Source: Mytilus trossulus (Eukaryota). From it: a DNA stretch of 64,000 bases. Position numbers and translations under genes: made by a program. The DNA lies in assembly GCF_036588685.1 (NCBI RefSeq), contig NC_086376.1, forward strand, positions 67,249,630 to 67,313,629. Direction: 5' to 3'. The stretch's first letter is position 1. Each line of letters starts with the position of its first letter. The notes under the pieces were generated by a model. The model was not told where the DNA came from, made no database searches, and worked only from the letters and a program-made list of their open reading frames with translations. This document shows, one piece after another, positions 24,243-38,800 of the stretch.

Positions 24243-26785
24243 TTTTTGATGAGCCTTGGACTTATGTCAAAAAAGCGAGACATAGCGATCCTAAATTCCA
24301 GTGGTGGTGGGGGTGGCATCAACATTATGTCATTCTGTCATTGTACGTGGATAAAGTTTTAAAAAATTTAATAAATTTCTTTAACTATCCAGGATTTCCA
24401 CCAACTTTGGACAAAAGCTTGTTTATGACCATAAGATAGTATTCAGAAGTAAATTTTGTAAAAAAAAATATTTTTTTCCTGTATTTTTCTTATACATGTA
24501 CATGTATATGGACTTAGTTTTTCTGCCAGAAAACATTACATTCACTCTGTAGATAAAGTGGTTAAAGTTTTTAAAAAATTTAATAACTTTCTTAAACTAG
24601 AAAATTTTGTGTGATCATAAGACATGAGTAAGATAGTATCCAGAAGAAGATATTTTACTTATTTAATGGACTTAGTTTTGCTCCCAAGAAACATTACTAA
24701 ACATTTTTATTATTCATTGTATTTAAGTGTAACAGTGCTTAAATTATTTGGCTGATATTAAATCTAACTTTCTTGAATTATCCTGGATTTCTACCAAACT
24801 TGGACAGAAGCTTGTTTGTGATCATAAAATCATGTCCAGAAGTAAATGTTCTAAGAAAAAAATCCTTTTTTTTTCGTATTTTATTTATAAACAGACTTAG
24901 TTTTGCTTCCAGGAATCATAACATTCACTCTGTGGTTAAATTTTTAAAATTTTAATTACTTTCTTGAACTAACCTTGTTTTTCTACCAAACTTGGGCAGA
25001 AGCTTATTTGTGATTTTCCAGTTTTCTGACAATAACTAAAAAAAAATGTCACCAATTTCAGACCTGCCAAATTTCACGATTTAGGCGTGTACTACACGAT
25101 TTTGACCCTTTGCCACGATTGTACGATCGTGTTCCTGAAAAACCCTCTAAAACACAATTTGGTGAAAATCTACACGAAAAAAATATTGTTGTTCCCGATT
25201 TTGAACTGTGTCCAATGGAGGAAAATCGTGTTCAGCCAATCAAATTGTGTGTTTCTCTCGATCAAATTAATCAGCCAATCAAAAACGTTTTCTCTCAAGA
25301 TTGTTTTAACATGCTAGATATTGAACTTGTGTTGTATTATCGATCCTCTGTTTGTTGGTCAGAATTGTAAAAACGTTTTTCAACTGCAAGGAGGTTCTTA
25401 CACAGAATAAGAATAAAAGCATGGCTGATTGACAAACTTCAATGATGCAGTACTACCATGAATATAATAAATAATAGTTTATTCACTAATTTATTGACAT
25501 TACATGTACACTTGCTGTAACATAATTTATTTATGTATTCATTCATTTAAAGTATAATGTACTATTCATTATTTTTCACAAGCCCCCCCCCCCCCCCCCT
25601 AAACCCCAACCCACATTAACATGAGGAATCCCTTAAATGAGGGACTACCCTTAGTCAAGGGGTCACTCTTGTAAAAAATAAAATAGAAAAATGTAGATTT
25701 ATTAACTTAAAAATGGGAAATTCTGACATTATATTTGGAACAGCTTTTCTAAATGAAGAGTCCTATTATTTTGAATAACGGTAATAAAGAAGATATAAGG
25801 ACAAGAACATATCAAAATTCTTTGACATGTGTTGACCATATAATACCAGATAGATCATAAGATGTATATTTCTTTGGGAAAAGTGTCTTCAAATAATATG
25901 AATGTGTGCTCATTTGTACTTAAAAAGTGGTTTGTAATGTCCTAACATTGAGGGGGGGATCCCTATGTGTTGTTCCCAACCTGATAAAGGTCCTTCTTTG
26001 TGTATAATTTTTAATTGGAAAAGTCAACAACTATCATGACTATTTAGTATCCTTGCACATGAAAATAATTCCTGGTCTTACAGCTACATGTTCATATTTT
26101 CTGCTGATATAATAACTAGTATCATGTAAATAAACTTAAATAAAAGGGATGTAAGCTCATCTTATAAATCATGCAAATATGACTCTTTTTCTAGACTACA
26201 AAACAGCACGCGCAAAACAGTCGTCGCAAAGAATTTTAAACTTTGAAATTGTTGTCGCATGCTAAAACCCCCATGGGCATTTTCAAAAGTTGGCAGGTAT
26301 GCAATTTGCAAGAAACTTTCATGAATTGAATTGTTTATATCTAATTTATTTTTATAGATTTTAGATTTTTACTTTTTCAAGTTATTGGATTTTATTCATT
26401 TAAAAAGGAGGGATTTTCCAATTTTTAGACAATAACTCAAAAATGCTTTCAGCAGTTTTCATAAAACTGGTGAATTTTTTATATCTAATCTATTGACCAT
26501 GTTGACATGAGCTCCTTCAATTTTCATTTATTTTCGATTTTACGTTATCAGAGTTATGTGATTTTATTTGTGATAAAGTGTGGATTTTACAGTTTTCGGT
26601 CTATGCTTTGAGCAGCTATCATGAAACTTTGATGACTGGTTTATATCTATTTAGATAACCTCCCTTTAGTTTTTCACGAGTATCTTATATGACATTGAGA
26701 AGTTATTGAACTTTATTCTTTACAAAATTGATGGGAGTATCAAGTACTCGTCATGCTTATGGCATAGCTGTTTATTAATTGTTGC
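24243..26785 (-). mobile_element. Composite Helentron-like (HINE) repeats with internal tandem monomers, interrupted at 25059-26301
   Basis: T-run, terminal hairpin and GGT microsatellite near 24243-24320 (a related end is at 32160-32225). Monomers of about 190 bp run to about 25015. Monomers at 26302-26750 are homologous to the reverse complement of those at 10550-11100. Confidence 0.6.
25059..26301. mobile_element. Non-autonomous TIR element with 6-bp TSD (CAKACCTGCCAA termini)
   Basis: CAGACCTGCCAA...TTGGCAGGTATG, with CAATTT duplicated at 25053-25058 and 26302-26307. Shorter relatives lie at 2224-2478 and 48362-48592. Confidence 0.75.
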
Positions 26786-26860
26786 TAGCTCTTAAAACAT
26801 TTATTAAAATTTCATGTTTTTTGTGTTGGATTTTTCAGAGCTGTTAGTTGACCAATTGCA

Positions 26861-29800
26861 ATGATGGGTGATCCACTTGACATGAAGCAGATTTTCTTCA
26901 CCAATCTGCAAGTGCTGGGATTTGATGCAGCTGCAGAAGGACAAGACAACAAAATTCCCTTTAATAAGTATGCACATGTATTTAAAATTTTAAGTATAGA
27001 ATACAAAAATGTATATCTAGTTTTGGGAAACATTTGGTTGATTACATAGGGAGTCACTGAGGCATGACTGGAGTGGCCCCCCTCTTACAGAAATTTCTGG
27101 ATCCCCTACTGAGAATGGTGGGAGAAGAGTAACTTGTATGGAATTTTGTTCAAATTTTGGGGAAAATGGTATTATGTTTTTGCAAGACTTCCAATGTATT
27201 GCTTCTTAATTTTTAGAAAGAAATTAGACATAAGAATGGAGATAATACAGATACATTTACTTAAACAATGTGCAAGACATTGAAGCCAACATAACTAAAC
27301 TAGTTGTAGATATATCCATAATAGTATTTTAAACCATTAAAGAAAGTCTATCAATAAACCTTGAAAATGTAGTAAAATTTGCAATTAGACATTGAAAAAT
27401 TATATCGTAATGTATCATAAAAAAAAGTTTTTGGTCATGTTAAATACTGATTTCTACTTTTTATTTTACAGAAACATGTTTGATTTGCCAAATAAGAGGG
27501 GCAGTGAAGTTGTTTTACATTTCCTGTTTGAGAAATTAAACCCAGTCATGTGCAGAGAAGAGTTCAGGTAAATATATACTTCAAAACAAAAAATGAGATT
27601 TCATAAAATAATAAAGAAAATCATGATGAATGAGTGTTCAATGTCCAGTGACAAATATCATTCATTTAGCACAGAGTTGCGATTTTGATGGAACTTTGCT
27701 ATAAATTGAAAATTAAGACTGTTTCAATTGCCATGAAAATAACTTATAAAAATAGCCACCTACTAGTTTCTTTTCTTAAACATGTGTTTGAGGAATGTAA
27801 GAAAATGATAAATATGTGTTTTAAACTTTAATATTTGCAAATAATTAATGTATAGTTTTATCTTTAATAGAATGATGTTTTTGATTTAATTTTGTGTTTA
27901 CTTTAGACATTGTTGGCCCATAATTGACAAGCAACAAGAAGCTCAGTACAGAAGGACTTGTAATAACTGGTTGAATAATATATCAAAGGTATACATACAT
28001 ACAAATACTCTGGTATTGATATAGCAGGGTCATTATAAGTAGTGCAGTGTTTAAGAATACAAAAATAAGTGACTGCTCATAAATTTATTTGACATATCAT
28101 ATGCCTTGACTGAACTTCTTTAAAACAATCCATTCCAGTACTGTCCAATCAAACACAGATCAACACATATAGACCCAACCTCCATCAACTATTAACATGT
28201 GCTAAGGCAGTCAAAATAGATCTTTAGTTCTTACAATAAGTAAATTGATATGTGTATCTAAATGTTTCCTGTCTTTTTTTTATAATCGTAATTTTTCAAG
28301 TGCCACCACAATTTTATGAACTGGACTGTTAATTGTTTGCTAACATATGGGATAATTATGAGAGGCAGTCAGCTTGTCAATCCTTGAAAATCTTTTGAAG
28401 CCTTAGTTTGTGTTCCCTGAAAAGGTTTTTTTCGATGAAAACGTATTTACTCAAGATATGAGGTTGGAAGTATCATAAGTATTTCACATGTTTCAGAATG
28501 AACCTGACTCCCATTTACCCCGGATAACTGGATCCCTGTTCCTGTCACCTGGTGGAGATAAATTTATCCAGTTGTTACTTCATTTTTCCAGATATGTTCT
28601 GCAACAGGATATTGAAAGAATGGGTTTGTATCATTTCAATGCCTAATGTTTTAATTTTAATATGAGGAAGGTGCAACCCTAATTGCCAGCTTTATACTAA
28701 GACAATGTCCTATATATTGATTAGTTGTTGGTTGTTTAACGTCCAGTGGCAAATAGTTCATGCATGTTCAGAACGAATGTCCTAGGCTACATTAAAATAT
28801 TGTTTATGTCTAAAAGAAAATTAAAAGTTCAGAAGGAAAATGTTTAGGAAACAATCATTGAACTTGAAAAGGCAGGAGGGGTAATGGTATTTTTCCAAAA
28901 AAAAAATATTCTGATACCCAAATTAATGAATAAAAAATCTGTTCAAGCATAGGACAGAAAAAATATTTTGAATCCAGATCTTCCCCAAAAATGATTTTAT
29001 CTTTCAGATATGCAAAATAAATTGAACTTTTATATATCTAAAAAAAAATTAAAAATCCCAAACCGCACAGGTAAGTCTGTTCACAGTAGTTTTTTTTAGG
29101 TTACCTCAAATATTTATGTTGAAATATATTCAATTACATTTATATGTATAGACAGGAGTGTATTTTTCCTTAATTATTGTCTACCAGAAGTGATCTATCC
29201 TGAGACAATGTCTTCCATTCAAAGCTTTACAACCTTATAACATTACGGAATGAAGCATTCAATTCTTATAATTATGTTTTTTTAGCTACTTTCATAAAAT
29301 AACAGGTTTAATTGATTTTTTATGCATTGTTTCAATGTTGTCACATGACAATTTGATGTCATTGATGTTATGGTTTATACTGAAATAAAACTTTTGGAAT
29401 GCCTCATTCAATTTCTATGTGACTGTAACTTGTTATAAGTTGTTGTACTCTTTCAGATTACAATGTTTTAATCTTTGATTTTTTTTTTCTAGGGGGTAAA
29501 GATAAAGACCATCTGCGTTACCCAGAATTAACACAGCAAACAGCCTCCCTTGGTGAAGCTGTAGGGAATTCTGTCCAATGTTCCATTGTTAGGAACAGGA
29601 AACATTTATTGGAGGAATCTCAAATTATACTGGCGCTGAATAGGGAATGGAAAGAATATTCCAAGTAAGAATAAATTTTTAGACCTAAAATTCTGCAATT
29701 CATTTTCAATTTCATCAAAAGTTTTACAAGGAAAAATATCCAGTCATAAATATTTTAGTATAATTTCTTAATTTTTTATTGTGACATATTTTTTTTTATT

Positions 29801-32800
29801 AACTGTTGCTGAATAGTCATGATAGTATAATTGTTTAATTAAGAAATAATTCATGGGGGCTTGAATATATCGTTATTTTACCACGGGTTGGCCCTTTATG
29901 ACACATATTTTACCCTGAGCGATAGCGAGGGGTAAAATATCGGCATAAAGGGACAACCCGTGGTAAAATCTAGATATATTCAAGCCCCCATGAATCATTT
30001 CGATTCTAATAGGACAAATACGGCAATTGTTTTGGATCGAAGCGCTCCAGGTGGAGGCCATTATTTGCCGTTCTCATAAATTAACGCACTTTTAGATTGG
30101 CGTAAAAGAACGGAGCAAACAGAAAAAGTGACATGCTCAAACTATTCACAAAACTTATTTAGATAGATTTGGATGAATTCTAATGATAATTAACTTATAT
30201 GTCTTCTATGTATAAAAAAAATGGGCTTATACCACATTTTAGCATCGTTTGTTGACGTTTCCTTGTTGTGATGATTTTCGGTATCAGAAGCGTGTATTTT
30301 CCCGTAAAATGCTTAAATTATAACGTCATCATTCTATGACGTCGGGTACTTCATTCGTGAAAAAAACATATGAAGTGGGAGTACGATCGGAACAGCCAAT
30401 GCAATATATTCATATTTTACCACGGGTGTGTACTCAAAGCGTTTGAAGGACGTCATGTTAGAATACATTATTTTTCACCTGTTTGAGATTTATGTTAAAT
30501 ATAGAAATGAAAGTCTATTTTATTATGTATGGATGTACTCATTCATTACCATATTTGAACAGATTAGTAATAAACAGAAGTTTTATGGACAATACAAAAC
30601 TCATTTCAAGTGATACAGAAAGTGTATAAAGACACATTTAGATGCTAATTTGAATGTTTCATTCATAATTGAAAATCTGTTAAGATATTAAAAACATTGT
30701 TAAGGGTAATAATGCTCTATTTTTGTACATTATCCTGCAAACCACCCCTGCAATACATATCTAATTGAGTCGGTAATCAATTTGCACATTACCACATAAA
30801 TGATCATGAAAACATTTATTTTCATTGACACATATATTATCATGAGAATACTGATTTTCATTAACACATATATTATTATAAGAATACTGATTTTCATGAA
30901 CACATGTATATCTTTTTAAGATGTGTATACATCAGTTTATTTCTTTTAGTGAGCTGGTAAAAGATTATAGGAAGCTATCGAAATTGGCTAGAGAAAAAGA
31001 CCACAAGATTAGGGAAGAGATACAGAAAACTACTGAGAGAGGAGCAGAAAGAGGGAGGTATGTAGTAATTGCTTTTTACCATTTTGTAGTGCATACAATT
31101 ACCACTGTTATGCATGCAAGTGATTAATCAGTGTCCTATTGAGATTAAAATTAAGCTTTTTTGATACTAGGGAAATAGATATTTGGGGTAAAGATTGAAT
31201 TAATGCAATCAAAACCTGAGAGGGACCAGATTGCTAAGTATAGTTTCCAGACCTAATCACTAATTTAAAATGCTGACAAACATTATGTATTGAAGTCAAC
31301 ATGTTGAACATCTTATGCATCTACATGTACATGTTAGGCAATTTATCAAAAAATATATGCTTTTATTTATATTAGATATTGAAATTATGCTAAAAAAAAT
31401 CATATTATAAAACCAAATTGACTAAAAATAACTTTGTTTCAGTTGAATATAAGTAACATCGTTATACTCAAGATGAATCAAATTTAGAATAAATGTAAAC
31501 AGATGTAAAATGATTTTACACATATATTTATTACTTAATCTTGTGTTATTTGTATGCTCTTGAAAGTGTTTTTGACTAATTTCATGTTATTCTGTTGCAG
31601 TCCCATGGTTAGGAAAAGGCGTTCAACAAATGCATATGAATATGATTTTGATCCTCAGTCAATTAAGAGAGCTCAGAGAGTTCAAGAGGTAACTTTATGG
31701 ATTTGCTCTTTGGTGAAATATCGTTTATTGTAAATACATATTAGTTAGCATATATTTCAAATGTTTTTCAGATTCAGATATTTATGAAGAAAAGTGAATT
31801 GAATTCTAGGATATGTTAAAGTGAGCTGTTTATGATTGATAATTCACTCTTTTGATAAAAAAGCAATGTTTAAAGTAATTTCAGTACTAATTTTTTTAAA
31901 AGAATAAATTTATATGGTTAAAAGATATTTACATATGAACAAAATATATTTATTTTGAATAGGTCCGTGACTTATGGAAGCAGTTTGACGATTTCTGTAT
32001 CAGAGAGGCAGCAGAGAGGGAAGTTATAGAGTCTATAGTAGATAAAACAATGAACAAATGTAAAATTAATGCTTCTGATGTCAACATTAAAGTTCCTGAT
32101 CTATTACTGACAGAATGTGAAGACGAAATAAGAAAGGTATAAATAATGCAAATCGCCCATTTATTGTTGAGCCTGTGACAAAAGTCGCAGAAAGCTAAAC
32201 ATAGGGATAGTGATCCGGTGGCAGAGGAGAAAATGTAGAAAATGATGCTTTAAATGATGTATTATTGTGAGCCTTGTGTAGCATATATATTAATTTTGTT
32301 GTTTGATCTGATCACCATATTTAATATCCCTAATAAGTATGGAATGCTGATAAATAAAGACTTCAAGTACAACCAGGCAGTGCATTTATCACATAAAAAA
32401 GGAGAATAGGAATTACCAGACAACAGACTTCATTTCCAAGAAAACAGATGTACAAACAAAAACAAAACAACCTACAGTCCAGGTAGTCTGGTCTAGTACA
32501 GGCGTAAAATTGGATTTGATTAAGCCAAACTCCCTTTGCCTATCTAGAGCATTTTTGGAAAAAGACAATCACACTGTAGAAACCCATACAGTCCTACTAG
32601 CAACAACATTATCACTACCTTGAACATGTAAATAATAAATAACTTCTTCAGGAAAACAGCTTATATGCAGAAACAGCTGTTTTCTCTATACAGTTTGTCT
32701 GGATCAATATATAGGAGGTCATTTCAATAAAATAAAGAGTGTGTTAAAATAAACTTATTAATGTACGAAAGTAAGAAAAGTGTGATTAGTATTAAATAGC

Positions 32801-35800
32801 AAGTATAAATATGAATATAATAAAACATTTATATCCAAGAAATGATAGAGGTTGAAATTAAATTTCAATAAAACAATATGAATTTAATGGTACACAGTGA
32901 TTCTCATAATGCCATAATGAATAGTATTTACATGCGATTGAAAGTCTTTTATATATTTTCAATTAAGAAATAATAGCCAGGTTTTTATTATTGTGAAAAT
33001 GTGACAAAGTTGTAAACTCAATAATCTAAACTTGCATTTTGAAATATTTTATATGAATTAAACAGCATTTTTCTCAAAATCGTAAAGATTTAAATCTCAT
33101 TTGAGTCTAAAATGACAAAATTGCAATAATAAATGCACACAACAATTTCTGAATTTACAGTAGTCAATTTTAATTATGCAACAATTTCCTAAATATGTAG
33201 CATATTGGCACACTGTCCACTCCTGGTGCAGCTGTTTTTTTAATTTCTAACACTGTTAATTTTTGTCTGTTAAGTGACTCTTTAGATATTTATTTATTTA
33301 TGTTTTGCAATGATAGAAGTATTTTGTATATTCCAGAGACATGTAGACAGTAACTTCCATCATGGGAAGCTTAACCTTGTTAGTATAATACAGCTATGGA
33401 ATTTATGTCTTCATTTGTATATAGAAAAAATACATCAAGGTGAGTTAATGTGCATATTTGTCAAAATCTAATCAAGTAGTCTGTCAGATGAAAGCAATGT
33501 GTTTGAACTTGGTTTTAGTTTAAACATATTTATTTTTAGTGGATTGGGAAACAAGTTTTGCAACTTATATTAATCCCTTTCCACTTTGCGGGTGCTAAAC
33601 CATGTCTTATGATATACCTTCTTGAATTTTCTGAATAATAGTGAATAAATATTTATGATATAAGAAACACAATTACTGAAACAAAAAAAATAGCTATTTT
33701 GGCCAAACATGTAAATTGTGGCAAAATTTATTTGCTACTTGACTAAACAGCTACCCATCATCATCCTCAATTCGACTTTTCAGAATATAAAGGACTATAT
33801 GTAATCTCATTGTTTGTACACCAAAATGAAAATAACGTCCTGTTATTGGTTGAATTTCAATTGTTTTGAAGGTTTTAAACTAATCAAGGTTTTGGTGTAA
33901 TGTCAAGAGTGTACGCTTTTGAAAATATGACCCAGAATACATTAGATTCTGAAACGGCGAATTGACAGCCAAAAATTATCTCAGTTTTATATCTAAACAT
34001 GATATTTGCACTAAACTTTTTTTCTGATGGTAATTGAAGTATTATGCCACTTGTTTGTAGCAAAACATTCAGGTTCTAGCAAAATGTATCAATGTAATAT
34101 GATTAGTGGTTTTTTTCAATAGGAATATTAGTTTGCATGAGATAATATAAAAAAAGAAGTGGTATGCTTGCCAATGAGTCACCACAATGACACAGAAATT
34201 AACAACCACAGGTCATCATACATGTATGTGTTTTTCTACATCATTAGTTCTATGCATGACTAAAATTTCATCCCTTTTCAGCTGGTGTTCCAAAATTTGC
34301 AGAGGAAGTGAAAGCAGTAACAGATAAAGTACATACAAGTACAGCTTATCTTTTCAATACACAGTCATTAAAGGAGCAAATAGCGAGTATCTTGCCTGAG
34401 CTCAAGGAATCGATAGACTATCTCAGGAATAAAATCGATAAGGAAGTGACTATCTCCAGTACTCCACGGAGTTTACGAACTACTGTAAGTCCTCAAAGTT
34501 TTGTTCAAATTGTGGTAGGAAGAGACTGACAGTGCTCCTGCATTTCTTTTAATTAAGATGTTTGTAAATTTTAATAATTTTGATTTGTGCAATTTATACA
34601 AATTTAATAACTTTTTGCAAATAAAATTTTAGAATTTTGGCTTCTGCTTTATTAAATTATTTCAAGGAGAGGAATTCCCAATTTTGTTTACAAGCAATTT
34701 TATATCTTCTATTTATAGTTATTATTAAGAATTATTATTTGGATGGATCTTACATTTTAGATGACTTATGATTAACAAAAATTATGTTATAGATTTCCTA
34801 TTACAAAACTTAAGTAAATAACACTTGTAATAATCAGATTCAAAACAGGACATTATTTATATAGTCAGACTATAATTATTTACTTCCATGTCATTTGAAC
34901 TCTGGTGGATAGTTGTCTCATTGGCAATCAACCATACCACTTCTCCCTCATGTCCCTATTTATCACTGTCTGTAAAATAAGAAGTTTTTTGAAATTTCTC
35001 TAATTTGTAGAAATGAATATTGAATCTTATGATGCTATTTTTGTATAAGATATTACTTTATTTGGTGAAACAGCCATGAACTGATAATAAATTCAGACTA
35101 TACATAGATATAGGAAGATTTGGTATGGGTGCAATGAGACAACTCTCCATCCAAATAACAATTTTTAAAAAGTAAACCATTATGGGTCAATGTACGGCCT
35201 TCAACACAGAGCCTTGGCTCACACCAAACAACAAGCTCTAAAGGGCACTAAATTTTGGGTTATACATCTTATCTCAATTATCATTTCTGAATGAATGTCA
35301 TATTTGTCAACCATATTTGTTATTAGTCTGTAGGTATGGGTTTGATGGAACCTTCTCCACCTGTATCTTTCACACCAAGAAAAACAACCGAAATCACACC
35401 AGAGGGCACTGCAATTAAACTTTCTCCTGATGATGGTATGTACATAATGATTTTACATTTAATTTGTACAAAGTCATGACTATTTATGATGAGAGAAAGA
35501 ACATATTTCAGTGTTTATTAGAGGACTCCCATTAATCGAAGTTGAGAGCAGGTTTAGTCACCTTTTGAGTCCATTTGTCCAGCCTTCTGTTAAAAAAACT
35601 TTGTGTAGAAAACCTTCGTCAAACTTTTCTTGGCTTTTATGATAAACATCAGCATGTTTGGATGAGAATGATTTTATAATAATCAGTTATACTTCAGTAT
35701 ACAAGTTACTTTAATTAATTGCATGCAGCAAAACTGGTCTTGGCACATTATTGGTCTTGTTTTAACAGTGATAGGATCCAAACATGCTGATGTTTATCTT

Positions 35801-38800
35801 TAACATTCATTATAGCAAATTGTAGAACAAAGGTTAATGTTGTTAAAAGCTAAATGAGCTGCAAAAAACAAAATCACATAATACTGAACTCCGAGGAAAA
35901 TCCAATACAGAAAGTCCCCAACCAAATGGCAAAATCAAACGATAGATATGTCAAATGAATGGACAACAACTATCAGTGTCCTGACTTGGTACAGGCATGT
36001 AAAAAATGGTGGACCAAACCCGGTTTCCTAGCACTAAACCATTCACTTGTATGACAGTCACATCAAACTCCATGATATCCACAACAATGCGTGAACCATA
36101 CAGACATAATAGATAAAATTGTCAAAATAGGGGTACAGCAGTCATCACCTTGTGTTACAAAGAGACACTCCTGATCACCAAGGACTCTTGGCCTTTTTAT
36201 ATATAGATTAAATAAGAAATGGAATAAAAGAAGACTCATAATGTCAATGAAACAGACACCAAAACTATACATCAAGTTCATTTAATATCTTGATTTGAAA
36301 TACTGTGAAAGTACTTTAATTTGTGGGTATCAATTTTCGTAGTTTGAGCAACACATACATGTTCGTGGGATTTTAAATTCGTGGATTTTAGTTTTCAAAA
36401 AAACAAAAATGAAAAATTGAAGCCTTTAGAAATGAATGTTACAAATAGTCTGGATTAAGGGAAATTGCAAAGTAACCATGGACCCGTGTAAATCGTAGTG
36501 ACAGCACTAATTAACCCAAGATAAAGTTATCAACAGGTTAAAGAACATCAAAGGTGTTTTAATTAGCTTATACATATGTCACTTAAAGAAATCAGTATTA
36601 TAAACAAATGCTATAAACGTATCTTGAATTGTCAAAAAGTCCAGCATACAGTTATTATTTCCCATATGTACGAGAACTAAGAGGATATAGAATGAACAAT
36701 TTATCATACTACCACATCAATACCAGAAATCTGACTTTTATCGAAAAAAATATTTTTATGAAAATTAAAAGATCAAAAGTTGTACAGTTTAGGTGATAAA
36801 AGATTAAATGGGTATATACATTTATTCTGCATACAGTTGTAGTTCTCAGATTCAATATATTCTCTAGATCATATCAGTAGTTAAACCTTCATGGCGATCT
36901 GTACAGGTCTTTATTTGGACAAGGATTGTTTTATTTCGTTGGACACTTAAATTTGTGGATAAAGTCATCCACGAAAATTGGTACCCCACGAATAAAAGTA
37001 CTTTCACAGTATGTTGGTTAGTTTCACAACAGTTCAAAGTTATAAAGAAAAGATTTGTGGACTTTTGTCAGTGTTTTTTTTTTATGATCTTGCTGCAAGC
37101 AGTGCAAGCCAAAGGAGGCATTAAATGTTACCCAGTAACCCTTGACCATCTATCCCTCTGTTCTTTTGTTTCACCGCTCTTTTGATGGAAAAGCAAGCTA
37201 AGCTTGAGTGGGAGCATTAGTGTCCTTAGATACATTCTTCTTTAAGTTTTTGGTTAAAGATTGCAAAAACTTGATATTGACTACCTTTAATACACAACAT
37301 AGTGCATTGGTCATAATATTCCATACATCCTTTCCATACACATTTATAGAAATTTATCAATGTAATATATGCTCAGATATTCAAGTCACACTGATACATT
37401 AAAGCAATATGTACCCTTCAGTGCTTACAGGTTCACAGGGATATAGTAAAAAGTAAGAATTTCAATTGAAGGATACGTATGACAGGAGCTATTTATTGTT
37501 TGGGAAAATGTTGTTACAGAATCATACATCTTGTCCAGGGAAGGAGATTATTACCATATAGAAAAGCATTGACATATTTAGAAGTAAAATTATCAATATA
37601 AAAGGTCCAAAATTGCAAAAATCCAGACCATGAAGTGGAATTAAGATATAAAGATATATTAGTGAGAAAAGTTTGAAACCTCATCTGATATCACACTTGA
37701 GTAATATTGTGTCACTGTATATAAATATATATAGACATTCAAATTAATCAAAAACATACTTTTCAGTTTTTTGTAAAACATTAAAACATACAAATATTGC
37801 AAAGCCTAATTCCATGAATTCAGAGCATGAATCCAATTTGTATGTTCAGTATAAAAGGCATTCTTAGTGATATTTTAAAAAGCTAATTTGGAAATGATTA
37901 GATTGATTACAATTTTTGTTTGAATTCGACGCTTTGCATTCTTATGACCACTACTGATCATTTAAAGTTAATTACAGTGACCACACCAGAGGCAGTCTCT
38001 AGAATTGCAGATAATGTTACAGGGACTGTTAGAAAGGGTCCAAATAATCTATTCCAAGGTACCCCAGTGTATGCTGGATCTGTTAAACAGGATGCAAGAA
38101 CAACAGGAAGGTATTAACTACTTCTACCTGTACTACAAGATTGTTTTTCATTATTTAATTACATTTAATCGACATCTTAAAAGTTGAATTTTTATATCTG
38201 ACACATGAAACATCTGAATGATTTTGATTATTTAAACATGTGACTTGTACTGAGATTCATTAAAAAAAATATTGAGGTTTATCAATTGAAAAGAAGTATG
38301 TGAACTTAGCAAGGAAGAAGGAGAGCAGTTTTTCACCAAAAATCTGGCACATTTGAAGCTTTATGTAGGAAACAGTGTGATTTGTATTAGTACAGGTTCA
38401 AGTCTTTATTCATAATGCTAGTCATCTTGAGGTGTTTTTTTTTACAGGTTCATATTTTATTTCAAAATAAGAATGTCAAAAGAAGAAACATTCAAATTCA
38501 TGCATTTTTTATTATTTTTTATGTATCTGCTCAAGCAGCCATTTCATTTCAGAATTGATCTGTAAATTATATCAATTTTTGTATTATTAAAAAGCAGCCA
38601 GAACTTTTATTTTTATTAGAAAGTGATATAAACAAATCTAACAGAAACATGAAGAAAAAAACAATAAATTTGTGTATGTATCGTATTAAATTGAATGAAA
38701 TCTATTGTAGGGTCAATTCTAAATTACCAAAGAAAACAAAAACAGAAAGTTCAAATTCTAGAACAGTAGATGTTAGAGGTCACTTGCATTCTACACCAAC

